A stretch of 33,562 nt of DNA from a virus (taxonomy: Duplodnaviria; Caudoviricetes). The first letter of the stretch is position 1. The number at the start of each line of letters is the position of its first letter. The notes beneath the pieces were generated by a model. The model saw only the letters and a program-made list of their open reading frames with translations, searched no databases and was not told the origin of the DNA. The stretch covers positions 1 to 33,562 of the IMG/VR virus record IMGVR_UViG_3300022879_000009. The stretch is one strand, 5' to 3'. The position numbers and the translations under genes are program-made. Positions 18,535 through 26,090 of the stretch are shown piece by piece.

Positions 18535-19005
18535 TCAGATTGCCTCCTTTTTAGCTCTATGTTTAATGTTAGGTGGAGTCGTTATAGCACGTTCTATATC
18601 CCAGTTGTAAGTAAACACCCTTGTTCTTAATGTTGATTTTAAAATTCCATTCGATTTCGCTATTGCAAATTGTTCATTCGTTATTTTTTGTGTTTTTTTA
18701 ACTCTTCGTTTGTTTATTTCTTCTATAGTTAATACTGGTGTGTTCATTGCTTCTTCTAATGTCCATTTCAATTCATTCACTCTAGCTACAAATGTTTTAT
18801 AAGAAATCCCATTTTTCTCTGCCTGTTCTACATATCCCTTATATTTCATTCTTGCACTTTTAAATATCGGTTCTGTAATAGATCTTTCTATTGACCAACC
18901 CAAGAATTGAACTCTTTGATTCACATTCTTTTTTGGAATTCCGTTTTTCTCGGCGATTTCATAATCTTGTTGAGTTGGTACAGGTGGATAATATCCCATC
19001 TCCAT
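18535..19005 (-). CDS. Repeat-HTH protein, paralog 1 (3 units)
   Basis: Same repeat unit. Confidence 0.8.
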   Translation of the reverse strand: MEMGYYPPVPTQQDYEIAEKNGIPKKNVNQRVQFLGWSIERSITEPIFKSARMKYKGYVEQAEKNGISYKTFVARVNELKWTLEEAMNTPVLTIEEINKRRVKKTQKITNEQFAIAKSNGILKSTLRTRVFTYNWDIERAITTPPNIKHRAKKEAI

Positions 19006-19012
19006 TCCCCTC

Positions 19013-19279
19013 CTAATCTAACGCCATAATTTCCGCTAACGATCTGTCTGATATATAAGTATCAATAACTTGAATCCGCCCATATTTATCCTTAGCCATT
19101 CCCACGGCTTCGCTCTCTGACTTCGCTTCAAACCATCTAAGCTTCCATTTACCGTCCATGTCGTAAAACTCAATTGCATACGTTATGACGCTTGTATCGC
19201 GTTGTAGAAACTTCTCTGAGGTACTCTTTGCTGCGTAATCAAAACTCCCAACTACATCTTCCAAGGTTAATTGCTTCAT
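19013..19279 (-). CDS. Hypothetical protein
   Basis: In operon; begins MKQLTL. Confidence 0.75.
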   Translation of the reverse strand: MKQLTLEDVVGSFDYAAKSTSEKFLQRDTSVITYAIEFYDMDGKWKLRWFEAKSESEAVGMAKDKYGRIQVIDTYISDRSLAEIMALD

Positions 19280-19467
19280 GCTACTTCTCCGGCTTTCTCT
19301 AACTGTTGTAATCGGTACGTTTCTTTCAACCTCTCAATGACTTCCTGGCGTCTTCTGTCCACTTCTTCAGGTGTAATGTTTGCCGCTTTGCAAATACATG
19401 GTCCAAACTGATACATACCCGTTCCAATGTCGTTCTGAATTACTCCCGTTCCGTTACATGCACACAT
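19276..19467 (-). CDS. Small Cys-rich (Zn-binding-like) protein
   Basis: CACNGTG..PCIC. Confidence 0.75.
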   Translation of the reverse strand: MCACNGTGVIQNDIGTGMYQFGPCICKAANITPEEVDRRRQEVIERLKETYRLQQLEKAGEVA

Positions 19468-19508
19468 CTTAATTCCCCCTTGTATTTAAAAGACACTTTT
19501 GTTTAGTT

Positions 19509-19661
19509 TCAAATATTTTCATTGATTTTATTGATAAATTCATTTAGCTCAGCTTTCGTTTCCAAATCCACTGTATTATCAGCAATCTCCTGTAATTTTT
19601 TAGATAGTGCTAATAAGAAATCTGCTGATACCGCCATCATTCGAGTTGTTTTTATTTCCAT
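19509..19661 (-). CDS. 50-aa helical protein (not in ORF track)
   Basis: RBS AGGGGG; MEIKTTRMMAVSADFLLALSKKLQEIADNTVDLETKAELNEFINKINENI. Confidence 0.7.
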   Translation of the reverse strand: MEIKTTRMMAVSADFLLALSKKLQEIADNTVDLETKAELNEFINKINENI

Positions 19662-19708
19662 CTCTCATTCCCCTTTTTAATAAAATTAAAATTTGATAAG
19701 ATTTATAT

Positions 19709-20518
19709 TTAAAACGGCAATGCCTTTCTTCTGTAATCCTTTGTATCTTTGAAAACAAGCGCTTTAAAGTTGTTGAAGATACGCGATACAATTCGTTCAT
19801 CATATGCACCCTCTAAACGCTCTCCAGTAAGGTTTGTCGTGAAGATAGTAGATTTACCTTGCCTACCATCGAAAACATCGAATAACACCCTATTAATGAA
19901 GTTTGTCGCTTTTGTATTGGCATCTAATGCACCTAACTCCGCTCCTAAATCATCAACTATTAATACTTCTGCTCTTACTAAACTTCTAATGATTGCGTCC
20001 TCAGTTAAGGTTGAGTCTTTACTGAACGTACTTTTTATTTTCCGTAGTAATTCGCCGACTGTAACGAAGACAACTGACTTCCCTGCTCCTGCAAGCTGAT
20101 CCGCCATAGCGTAAGCAAGATGTGTTTTCCCCGCTCCGCAATTCCCAGCCATAATCGTGTTAAATACTTTACCGTTGAGGTAATCTGTAGCGATGACCTT
20201 TGCGAGTTCAAGGTTCTTCGCTCCTTCATCGCTAGTAGGTTGATAGTTATCAAAGTTCGCTTTCTTAATGTTGCTATCAGCAATCATGCTTTGCTGGTGA
20301 AACATGAATTTCTTCTCATTCGCTTTATCTGCATCGTATTTCGCTTGTTCTTGTTGCTGAAGCTTCTTACTTTCGTTCTCAAGGAAGCATCGAGGGCAAA
20401 CAACTTGTCCACCGAACTTCATCTTATTCATGCCATGCGTATCACACACATCAGAATCCATAGTCATATTCACCTTTTTGGCTATATCGGTTGGTATTGC
20501 TGCCGCTGCTCTCTGCAT
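19709..20518 (-). CDS. DnaC/IstB-like helicase loader ATPase
   Basis: Zn motif CDTH..CPRC, Walker A GNCGAGKT, Walker B LIVDDLG, TTNL, RIVSR. Confidence 0.93.
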   Translation of the reverse strand: MQRAAAAIPTDIAKKVNMTMDSDVCDTHGMNKMKFGGQVVCPRCFLENESKKLQQQEQAKYDADKANEKKFMFHQQSMIADSNIKKANFDNYQPTSDEGAKNLELAKVIATDYLNGKVFNTIMAGNCGAGKTHLAYAMADQLAGAGKSVVFVTVGELLRKIKSTFSKDSTLTEDAIIRSLVRAEVLIVDDLGAELGALDANTKATNFINRVLFDVFDGRQGKSTIFTTNLTGERLEGAYDERIVSRIFNNFKALVFKDTKDYRRKALPF

Positions 20519-21317
20519 TGATCTTCGCTCCTTTTTTAGAATTCATTTGGATTGTTAACTGATCAAACTTTTCACGTAGCTTTTTAGGAGATAAGATATT
20601 CCCTTGCCAAAATGGATCTGCTTGGCACCAATCAATAACATCCTTAATCTCTTGTAATTCACGGTCATCCTTTTCGCGCATTAATCTAAAGTCATTAGCC
20701 CAAGAATCGAAGTTAGGCTCTTTTTGTTTAGGATTATTACCTTTAATTTTTTCAAACAAATACTTAGCCCCGTTGGTGTCGCAAGTTTCAAACTTGTGAC
20801 GAGAAGGTTTTTCTTTCTTCTTTTTATCTACATCTAATTCTTTATCTTCTTCTATATCTGTATCGTCACGTGACGTCATGGAAACATCACTATTATTTTG
20901 TTTATTAGTATTTGGTTTATTAGTACTTAGTTCTTTAGTACTTAGTAGCAGTGGATTTTCCACTAATGGTTTGTCCACTAGTGGTTTTTCCATTTGTGGA
21001 TTTTCCACTAGTGGATATTCCCCTTGTGGAACTTCATATATAATCATTTCCCATCTAGCAATCTTTCCTTTTTCGTTTTTCACAGGATATCTCTTTACGT
21101 ATCCATGTTCTTTTAATTCTTTTATGCCGGATTTCAGGCTATCTAATTTGTCTTTTGAATGAGTAGCGACTTCTTCCATATAAAAGACCCAGTCATCAGG
21201 GAGTGAAAGGATATATGCTAGGATTCCTTTTGCCTTCCAAGTTAAACGTTCATCACGAAGCCCTGTATTATTAATTGTTGTATAGTTTTTGTCTTTGCTT
21301 ACTCTAAAAGTTGCCAT
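20451..21317 (-). CDS. Phage (lytic) replication initiator
   Basis: N-terminal wHTH (NYTTINN..LTWKAKGILAYILSLPDDW), internal iterons, C-terminal FWQGNILSPKKLREKFDQL. Confidence 0.9.
   Translation of the reverse strand: MATFRVSKDKNYTTINNTGLRDERLTWKAKGILAYILSLPDDWVFYMEEVATHSKDKLDSLKSGIKELKEHGYVKRYPVKNEKGKIARWEMIIYEVPQGEYPLVENPQMEKPLVDKPLVENPLLLSTKELSTNKPNTNKQNNSDVSMTSRDDTDIEEDKELDVDKKKKEKPSRHKFETCDTNGAKYLFEKIKGNNPKQKEPNFDSWANDFRLMREKDDRELQEIKDVIDWCQADPFWQGNILSPKKLREKFDQLTIQMNSKKGAKINAESSGSNTNRYSQKGEYDYGF
20951..21025. repeat. Lytic origin iterons, 5 x 15 bp
   Basis: GTGGATTTTCCACTA consensus in tandem, inside the initiator gene, next to an AT-rich tract. Confidence 0.8.
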
Positions 21318-21542
21318 TTAGTTCACCTTCTTCATCCAACATTCATAACTTGCACGATCTTCCATGCCTGTGAATCGAATTTTGTCCTTTCCTTTAAACT
21401 TTCCGTCGTTATAAAATGTCTTTTCTGCTCTGTACACTTTTGTTATTGGCGTTACGTAGTCATAACCTCTTGCTTCTAAATCACGAACTGCTGTTAACAT
21501 TTCCTTCATTGATCCACGTCTTACAGGTACTTGAAACATCAA
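21318..21542 (-). CDS. Hypothetical protein
   Basis: Coupled ORF in operon. Confidence 0.75.
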   Translation of the reverse strand: MMFQVPVRRGSMKEMLTAVRDLEARGYDYVTPITKVYRAEKTFYNDGKFKGKDKIRFTGMEDRASYECWMKKVN

Positions 21543-21724
21543 ACTTCACACCTTTCGCATTTTGCTATACCGTTATTTACTTCCAAAACCTTATATCCGG
21601 GATAACGCTTTGGTATGCGATTGATATACCTGCAAGCGTTCCTTATAATTTCTTGTTCATTCTTTGCGCCCTTATAAACCCATGCTGGAAGGACGACGTT
21701 AGATATTGTTTGTTGATTCAGCAT
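21539..21724 (-). CDS. Hypothetical protein
   Basis: RBS AAGGAGG. Confidence 0.75.
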   Translation of the reverse strand: MLNQQTISNVVLPAWVYKGAKNEQEIIRNACRYINRIPKRYPGYKVLEVNNGIAKCERCEV

Positions 21725-21738
21725 GGGTTGTTACCTCC

Positions 21739-22413
21739 TTATCCCGCTTGGCTGTATTGTTTTTCCCATCCCATTAACACTTCAATTGCTTTTGATGCAA
21801 TCTGTGAGCTAATTTCACTTAAATTGTCAGTTCCGATGTTACCTTTCAATGTATCTTCAATAGTTTGTTTTTCTGTCTTTGTTAAAGCTGAAATGTGCGC
21901 TATTTTCGCGTGTATCATCTTTAACTGTTTCTCGGATGCTTTACCGTTACCGCCACTTCCTTGCGGTTTGTTTGGCGTTTGTCCACTATTACTCTTTTGA
22001 TTAGGCTTGTTACCTTTTCCATAAGTAGCGCCGTTTCCATCATCATCTTCACCAGTATTTAAGCTAAGGAATGCTGCTAAGGAATATCGACGAGCATATG
22101 TGATACAACTTCCTACTGCTTGCGGATCGTTCTTCACTGGCTTCATTGTTAGTTCGTCCGACTCTAGCCATTCGCCACTCTCATGTAAGAGAAGTGTTTT
22201 TAACGTTACGTTTTGACCGTCACCACTTGGTATTTGCATAATGCTTAATCCGTGCTTAGAAAGGATTGGTCTAATTTCATCTATAATCGTGTCTAGCGTT
22301 GCGTAATTGTTTTTAAAGAAAGGATTGTCAGCATCCTTTGCGATTTTGTTAACTTCTGAATTGAACTTCACTAACGCTTTAGCTAGTTCTGTAATCGTTT
22401 CGCTCTTATTCAT
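21739..22413 (-). CDS. ERF-family single-strand annealing recombinase
   Basis: NPFFKNNYATL and GSCITYARRYSLAAFLSL..EDDDGN. Confidence 0.95.
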   Translation of the reverse strand: MNKSETITELAKALVKFNSEVNKIAKDADNPFFKNNYATLDTIIDEIRPILSKHGLSIMQIPSGDGQNVTLKTLLLHESGEWLESDELTMKPVKNDPQAVGSCITYARRYSLAAFLSLNTGEDDDGNGATYGKGNKPNQKSNSGQTPNKPQGSGGNGKASEKQLKMIHAKIAHISALTKTEKQTIEDTLKGNIGTDNLSEISSQIASKAIEVLMGWEKQYSQAG

Positions 22414-22898
22414 CGGATTCTCACGCCTTCACTCTGACGTAATGTAATTCCATCCCACTGCATTCCATCTTTAACCGCTGCAAGTAATAACTTCTTATCA
22501 ACCTTAGGTGGTTGAGGAATCATGTATTCCGGTGGTACTACTGCATCTTCTGCAATGTCTAAACTTGCTGGATTCTTTTGGATACCTACTGTTACGATTG
22601 TTCCTTTGATTCGTTTTAAATCAGTTGATACCATTTGTTGATACAAGTAATCTTTTAATCCCTTACAATTGTTTTCTATTGCCTTTCTACGATCTGCTAA
22701 TCGCTTTTCTTCTGCTTTGATAGCATCTACATCAGCTTCAAGGTTGCGAATTACTAACGCTGTGTTTTGCACTTTATCCTGGATACTTTCCTCGATTGCT
22801 TGTAGCGTATCTGCTAACGCCGATGGATCTACGCCATCCTCAATCATCATTTGTAACTCTCTATAATTAGAAGTAAGTTCATATAATTTCATTTTCAT
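22410..22898 (-). CDS. Siphovirus Gp157-family protein
   Basis: MKLYELT..AIKAEEKRL..IQKNPASL..PKVDKK. Confidence 0.93.
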   Translation of the reverse strand: MKMKLYELTSNYRELQMMIEDGVDPSALADTLQAIEESIQDKVQNTALVIRNLEADVDAIKAEEKRLADRRKAIENNCKGLKDYLYQQMVSTDLKRIKGTIVTVGIQKNPASLDIAEDAVVPPEYMIPQPPKVDKKLLLAAVKDGMQWDGITLRQSEGVRIR

Positions 22899-22904
22899 AT
22901 CCTC

Positions 22905-23054
22905 CTAGAAAGGCATATCGCCATGTTTTTTATCCGTTAACACTGTGATTACATAATCGATATCAAGCTTTTTCAGCTTGTCCGTTTCCTTATCGGACAT
23001 TTCTTTTAAAGCCTTTACCGCATGGCTTACTTGAATCTGCAAAACATCTTTCAT
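22905..23054 (-). CDS. 49-aa protein (not in ORF track)
   Basis: RBS AAGGAGG; MKDVLQIQVSHAVKALKEMSDKETDKLKKLDIDYVITVLTDKKHGDMPF. Confidence 0.7.
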   Translation of the reverse strand: MKDVLQIQVSHAVKALKEMSDKETDKLKKLDIDYVITVLTDKKHGDMPF

Positions 23055-23159
23055 CTCCACATTCCTCCTTATTTACTTGGAAGAAACGACTGTGTTATAA
23101 TATAGGTACAAAATATTGAGTCGTTTCACGAAACAGTCGATTAGGGGTAATCGGCTGTT

Positions 23160-23348
23160 TTATTTTGTTTTGATTCCTTTTCCCCAGCATTTATATGTAG
23201 GGATGATTGGCATAAACTCGACAATGTCTGCTTTCCATTCAGGCGGTTCACCTTCAAAACGACTTTCCACTTCATAATGTTCGAATCTGCATAAGTACTT
23301 GTTTCCTTCGATGTCCTTGCAATACGTTGGTTCGAAACATGGTGACAT
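23160..23348 (-). CDS. Hypothetical protein
   Basis: RBS AAAGGAGA. Confidence 0.65.
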   Translation of the reverse strand: MSPCFEPTYCKDIEGNKYLCRFEHYEVESRFEGEPPEWKADIVEFMPIIPTYKCWGKGIKTK

Positions 23349-23366
23349 TTAAACTCTCCTTTCTTG

Positions 23367-23632
23367 ATGCTTTCGAGCATCGGAATATCCAGGAACCCAT
23401 TTGTTAGGTGGGGAATACCAGTAGATTCCTGAATATTCCGACAAGCGAAGGCTTGTCCTAAGAAAGACGTCTTGGCGATGACCTGCGATGTATTATGGTG
23501 CGGCTCCCCTTTTAAGGATCGTGGCTCACTCTCGCTATTTCTTCCCTACCTGCTAGCATGGACTAACCATGATAGCAACGCTCTTAGCTTAAAGGGCTTC
23601 GAAGTTTTTGCTTCGGTCGCTAAGACGACTTG
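23367..23632 (-). ncRNA. Putative structured RNA element in the early operon
   Basis: Three-hairpin unit at 23367-23457 plus a multibranch domain closed by 23464-23483/23614-23632. Confidence 0.5.
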
Positions 23633-23752
23633 TATTGATTTAGGTATTACGAAAGTCCTTACAATTACGCGTACCTTACACCATTCCCACCATTCGTGTA
23701 TTGCTTTTTTCATTTGTCCTTTAAAAATCATTTCCCATTTCCCCTTTATCAG

Positions 23753-23890
23753 TTATTTAGCTAGAGTAATAAACTCCTTATGCATTTCCTCAACCTTATC
23801 TGTGCTGTTATGTATCTCTCTAGCTCTTAAATCCTTTATGATCCACAAGATTTCCTTTTGTTCGTATTCATCACGCTGCTGTTTATCCAT
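23753..23890 (-). CDS. 45-aa protein (not in ORF track)
   Basis: MDKQQRDEYEQKEILWIIKDLRAREIHNSTDKVEEMHKEFITLAK; coupled to the upstream stop. Confidence 0.65.
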   Translation of the reverse strand: MDKQQRDEYEQKEILWIIKDLRAREIHNSTDKVEEMHKEFITLAK

Positions 23891-24003
23891 CACTTTTCAT
23901 CCTTCATAAACCTTTTGTCTATCCGATCCATCAGATATATGAATCCTGCAAGTCCGATGACTGAAACCAGTATCATTAAATGTGAGAATGTGCTTTCTTC
24001 CAT
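23890..24003 (-). CDS. 37-aa single-TM peptide (not in ORF track)
   Basis: MEESTFSHLMILVSVIGLAGFIYLMDRIDKRFMKDEK directly after the antirepressor. Confidence 0.65.
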   Translation of the reverse strand: MEESTFSHLMILVSVIGLAGFIYLMDRIDKRFMKDEK

Positions 24004-24006
24004 TGT

Positions 24007-24774
24007 TTACACCGCCTTCTGTTCATTTTCTTTCTTCAGTCGGTCTATGATGTAAGCTTGTCCTTTTGGTGTTACGTATGTTGTTGTCCATGTGAATGCT
24101 TCACCATTTGGTTTTTTCTTAACGCCTTGTGAAACCTCGAATAGTTCTCTTTCGCAACCTTTTTGTGTAGGTTCTGTTGAGTTTTTAAATAGTAAGCCCC
24201 ACTCACGTAATTTATCGAATAATCGTTTCTGTCCGATTTTGATACCCTGCTTCATAGCTAGCTTTGCAACTTCACCAACTTTTAGTGTTTGGTCTGATTG
24301 CATACATGCTTCAGCGAATGTTACAAGTGGTTGTTGCTGTACGATTTGCTGTTGTGCTGCTGCAAGCTTTTCTTTCTCTTCTTTTAATTTAGTGAGAAGA
24401 CCGATTGCGAAGTCTGGATTAGTTACCGCTTGTTCCAGGACTTGATCTGTCATGTATGCTCCGTGTTTTCTAATAGAAGGAAGCACTTCACTTGTTACCC
24501 ACTTTTTGAATGCTTTCGCTTGTGGTTTGCGACTTCTAAGTATTAGCGAGTAAAGACCTGATTCGTTAATCGTTTGTAATTGTTGCGTTCCGCCAAGGGT
24601 CTCCATACTATGGATACCCTTTTCGTCACCGTCTAATAATGATATGGATGATGACGAATTCTTGATTTCTAGAATGTCACAGACATCTTTTGCTACAAAC
24701 CATGCATCTTCACCTTGTATCACTGTTCGAACTTGTCCGAACTCTTTATTGTTGAAAACTTGTAATTGATTCAT
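24007..24774 (-). CDS. Phage antirepressor (BRO-N + KilA-C/ANT)
   Basis: WFVAKDVC, INESGLYSLIL, WVTSEVLPSIRKHG, TYVTPKGQ. Confidence 0.95.
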   Translation of the reverse strand: MNQLQVFNNKEFGQVRTVIQGEDAWFVAKDVCDILEIKNSSSSISLLDGDEKGIHSMETLGGTQQLQTINESGLYSLILRSRKPQAKAFKKWVTSEVLPSIRKHGAYMTDQVLEQAVTNPDFAIGLLTKLKEEKEKLAAAQQQIVQQQPLVTFAEACMQSDQTLKVGEVAKLAMKQGIKIGQKRLFDKLREWGLLFKNSTEPTQKGCERELFEVSQGVKKKPNGEAFTWTTTYVTPKGQAYIIDRLKKENEQKAV

Positions 24775-24791
24775 TTTCTTTCCTCCTCACC

Positions 24792-25152
24792 GTTCACGAA
24801 AGGTGAACACTTAGTTAAAAATAATAGTTAACTTTTCGTTAACCTTCTACTAACTCGTCTACCGTAACGCCATACAATTTAGATAGTAAACCTAATCTGT
24901 ATAAACTCGGTTGCCTCTTACCGGACTCAAGTTGTGAATAAGCAGATTTCGTTGAGTATCCAAGATAATCGCCAACATAAACCTGGCTATAACCACGATT
25001 CTTTCGTAACGCTTTGGCTTTTTCTATATTTAATTTCATGTTTATCACCTTTGTTCGTTTCGTTAATTTGATTATAACAAGACGTTCACTTTTTGTGAAC
25101 CCCTAAATTTATTTTTTTCTGGAAAACTTAAAAAGGTTGTCTTTGAGTGAAC
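24792..25152. promoter_or_regulatory. Operator set GTTCAC-N5-GTGAAC
   Basis: Perfect at 24792-24808 and 25084-25100; variants at 24827-24843 (GTTAAC..GTTAAC) and 25136-25152. Confidence 0.75.
24839..25039 (-). CDS. Cro-like XRE regulator
   Basis: HTH SQVYVGDYLG..YSQLESGKRQP; divergent from the repressor. Confidence 0.88.
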   Translation of the reverse strand: MKLNIEKAKALRKNRGYSQVYVGDYLGYSTKSAYSQLESGKRQPSLYRLGLLSKLYGVTVDELVEG

Positions 25153-25248
25153 TTTTCTGTTACATTTTAAATATATTGAATATTAATATTCAATATATAA
25201 ACACAAAAGATAGTGGTTTATGTGATCGTTATAAAGGGGAGAAAACAA

Positions 25249-25599
25249 ATGAATCACCAACTAATTAGCAAGAGAGTTAAAGAAATCAGGACTGAAATAC
25301 TCAAAATGAGTCAATCTGAATTCATTAATGCACTTGGACTAAAAAGTAAATCAGCAGTTTCTATGTGGGAAAACGAAGAAATGGATAAATGTCCATCTAG
25401 AAAAACTTCTTTAGATATAGCAAAACTCGCAAATGTATCTGTAGCTTATGTATTAGGAGAATCTGATGAAAAAAATCCTATCACAAGTGCTCAAGATGAA
25501 TTCGAAGAACTAATAACTCAATTTAGAGAAAAAGACCCAGAAAAACAAAAAGAGATTATGAAATTATTTAAAGACTTAATGAAAATAACAGGCGATTGA
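25249..25599 (+). CDS. Phage repressor (XRE HTH, aimC-like position)
   Basis: RBS AAGGGGAG; SQSEFINALG..AVSMWEN; no S24 peptidase domain; divergent from cro and convergent with the aim cassette. Confidence 0.85.
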   Translation: MNHQLISKRVKEIRTEILKMSQSEFINALGLKSKSAVSMWENEEMDKCPSRKTSLDIAKLANVSVAYVLGESDEKNPITSAQDEFEELITQFREKDPEKQKEIMKLFKDLMKITGD

Positions 25600-25604
25600 T
25601 AGCT

Positions 25605-25754
25605 TTAGAAGCTACCGATCGCCTGTTTCATTTTTAACATGATTTCAAGAGATTTTTCGTCGCCTTCGTGCGCCGCTTTCATAACCTCTAATAATTGTGA
25701 TTCGAATTCCGCTACTTCTGTTACTACCACGTTTTCTAATTTCTCTTTTTTCAT
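25605..25754 (-). CDS. aimX candidate: 49-aa ORF and/or RNA antisense to the repressor (not in ORF track)
   Basis: RBS GGGGG; MKKEKLENVVVTEVAEFESQLLEVMKAAHEGDEKSLEIMLKMKQAIGSF; lies downstream of aimP. Confidence 0.65.
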   Translation of the reverse strand: MKKEKLENVVVTEVAEFESQLLEVMKAAHEGDEKSLEIMLKMKQAIGSF

Positions 25755-25852
25755 CCCTGAAGCCCCCATTTTTATCTATGTAATTTGTGAATAGATTCAC
25801 AAAGATTGCATTTTAGCTTATTTTTTCAAAAACGCAATTTCTCCGTAAAGCA

Positions 25853-25889
25853 AGAATGACACCGCCTATTAAATAGACGATGTCATTCT
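25853..25889 (-). terminator. Hairpin after aimP
   Basis: 17-bp stem fully paired on the minus strand with two G-U pairs; weak U tail. Confidence 0.7.
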
Positions 25890-25906
25890 ATAAATATATT
25901 AAACTT

Positions 25907-26059
25907 TTACCAGCCGCCGCCGCCAGGATCAGTCATCATGCTGACTTCTGGTTTTTCGACTGATATTTGTTTATCTTGTTCCTGCTGAATGTTAGTATTA
26001 CTGAATGTAAATACTCCCAAAACAGCAAGAACAGAGATAACAGAAAGTATTTTTTTCAT
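25907..26059 (-). CDS. aimP: Arbitrium pro-peptide, predicted mature MMTDPGGGGW (not in ORF track)
   Basis: MKKILSVISVLAVLGVFTFSNTNIQQEQDKQISVEKPEVSMMTDPGGGGW: signal peptide plus a C-terminus resembling the Wbeta peptide MMSEPGGGGW. Confidence 0.92.
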   Translation of the reverse strand: MKKILSVISVLAVLGVFTFSNTNIQQEQDKQISVEKPEVSMMTDPGGGGW

Positions 26060-26090
26060 TTTTATCACCCAAGTATATTATACCATTTTT

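Noticed and set aside
19600-19809. 69-aa ORF
   Set aside because: Overlaps the loader gene; 19509-19661 has the better RBS.
21416-22000. 194-aa plus-strand ORF and similar antisense ORFs across the window
   Set aside because: Shadows of well-supported genes on the opposite strand.
23546-23731. 61-aa ORF
   Set aside because: Has an RBS but its 3' half overlaps the structured element; left uncalled.
25171-25198. Protelomerase target of a linear prophage
   Set aside because: No protelomerase gene seen, and the dif-like site points to a circular form.
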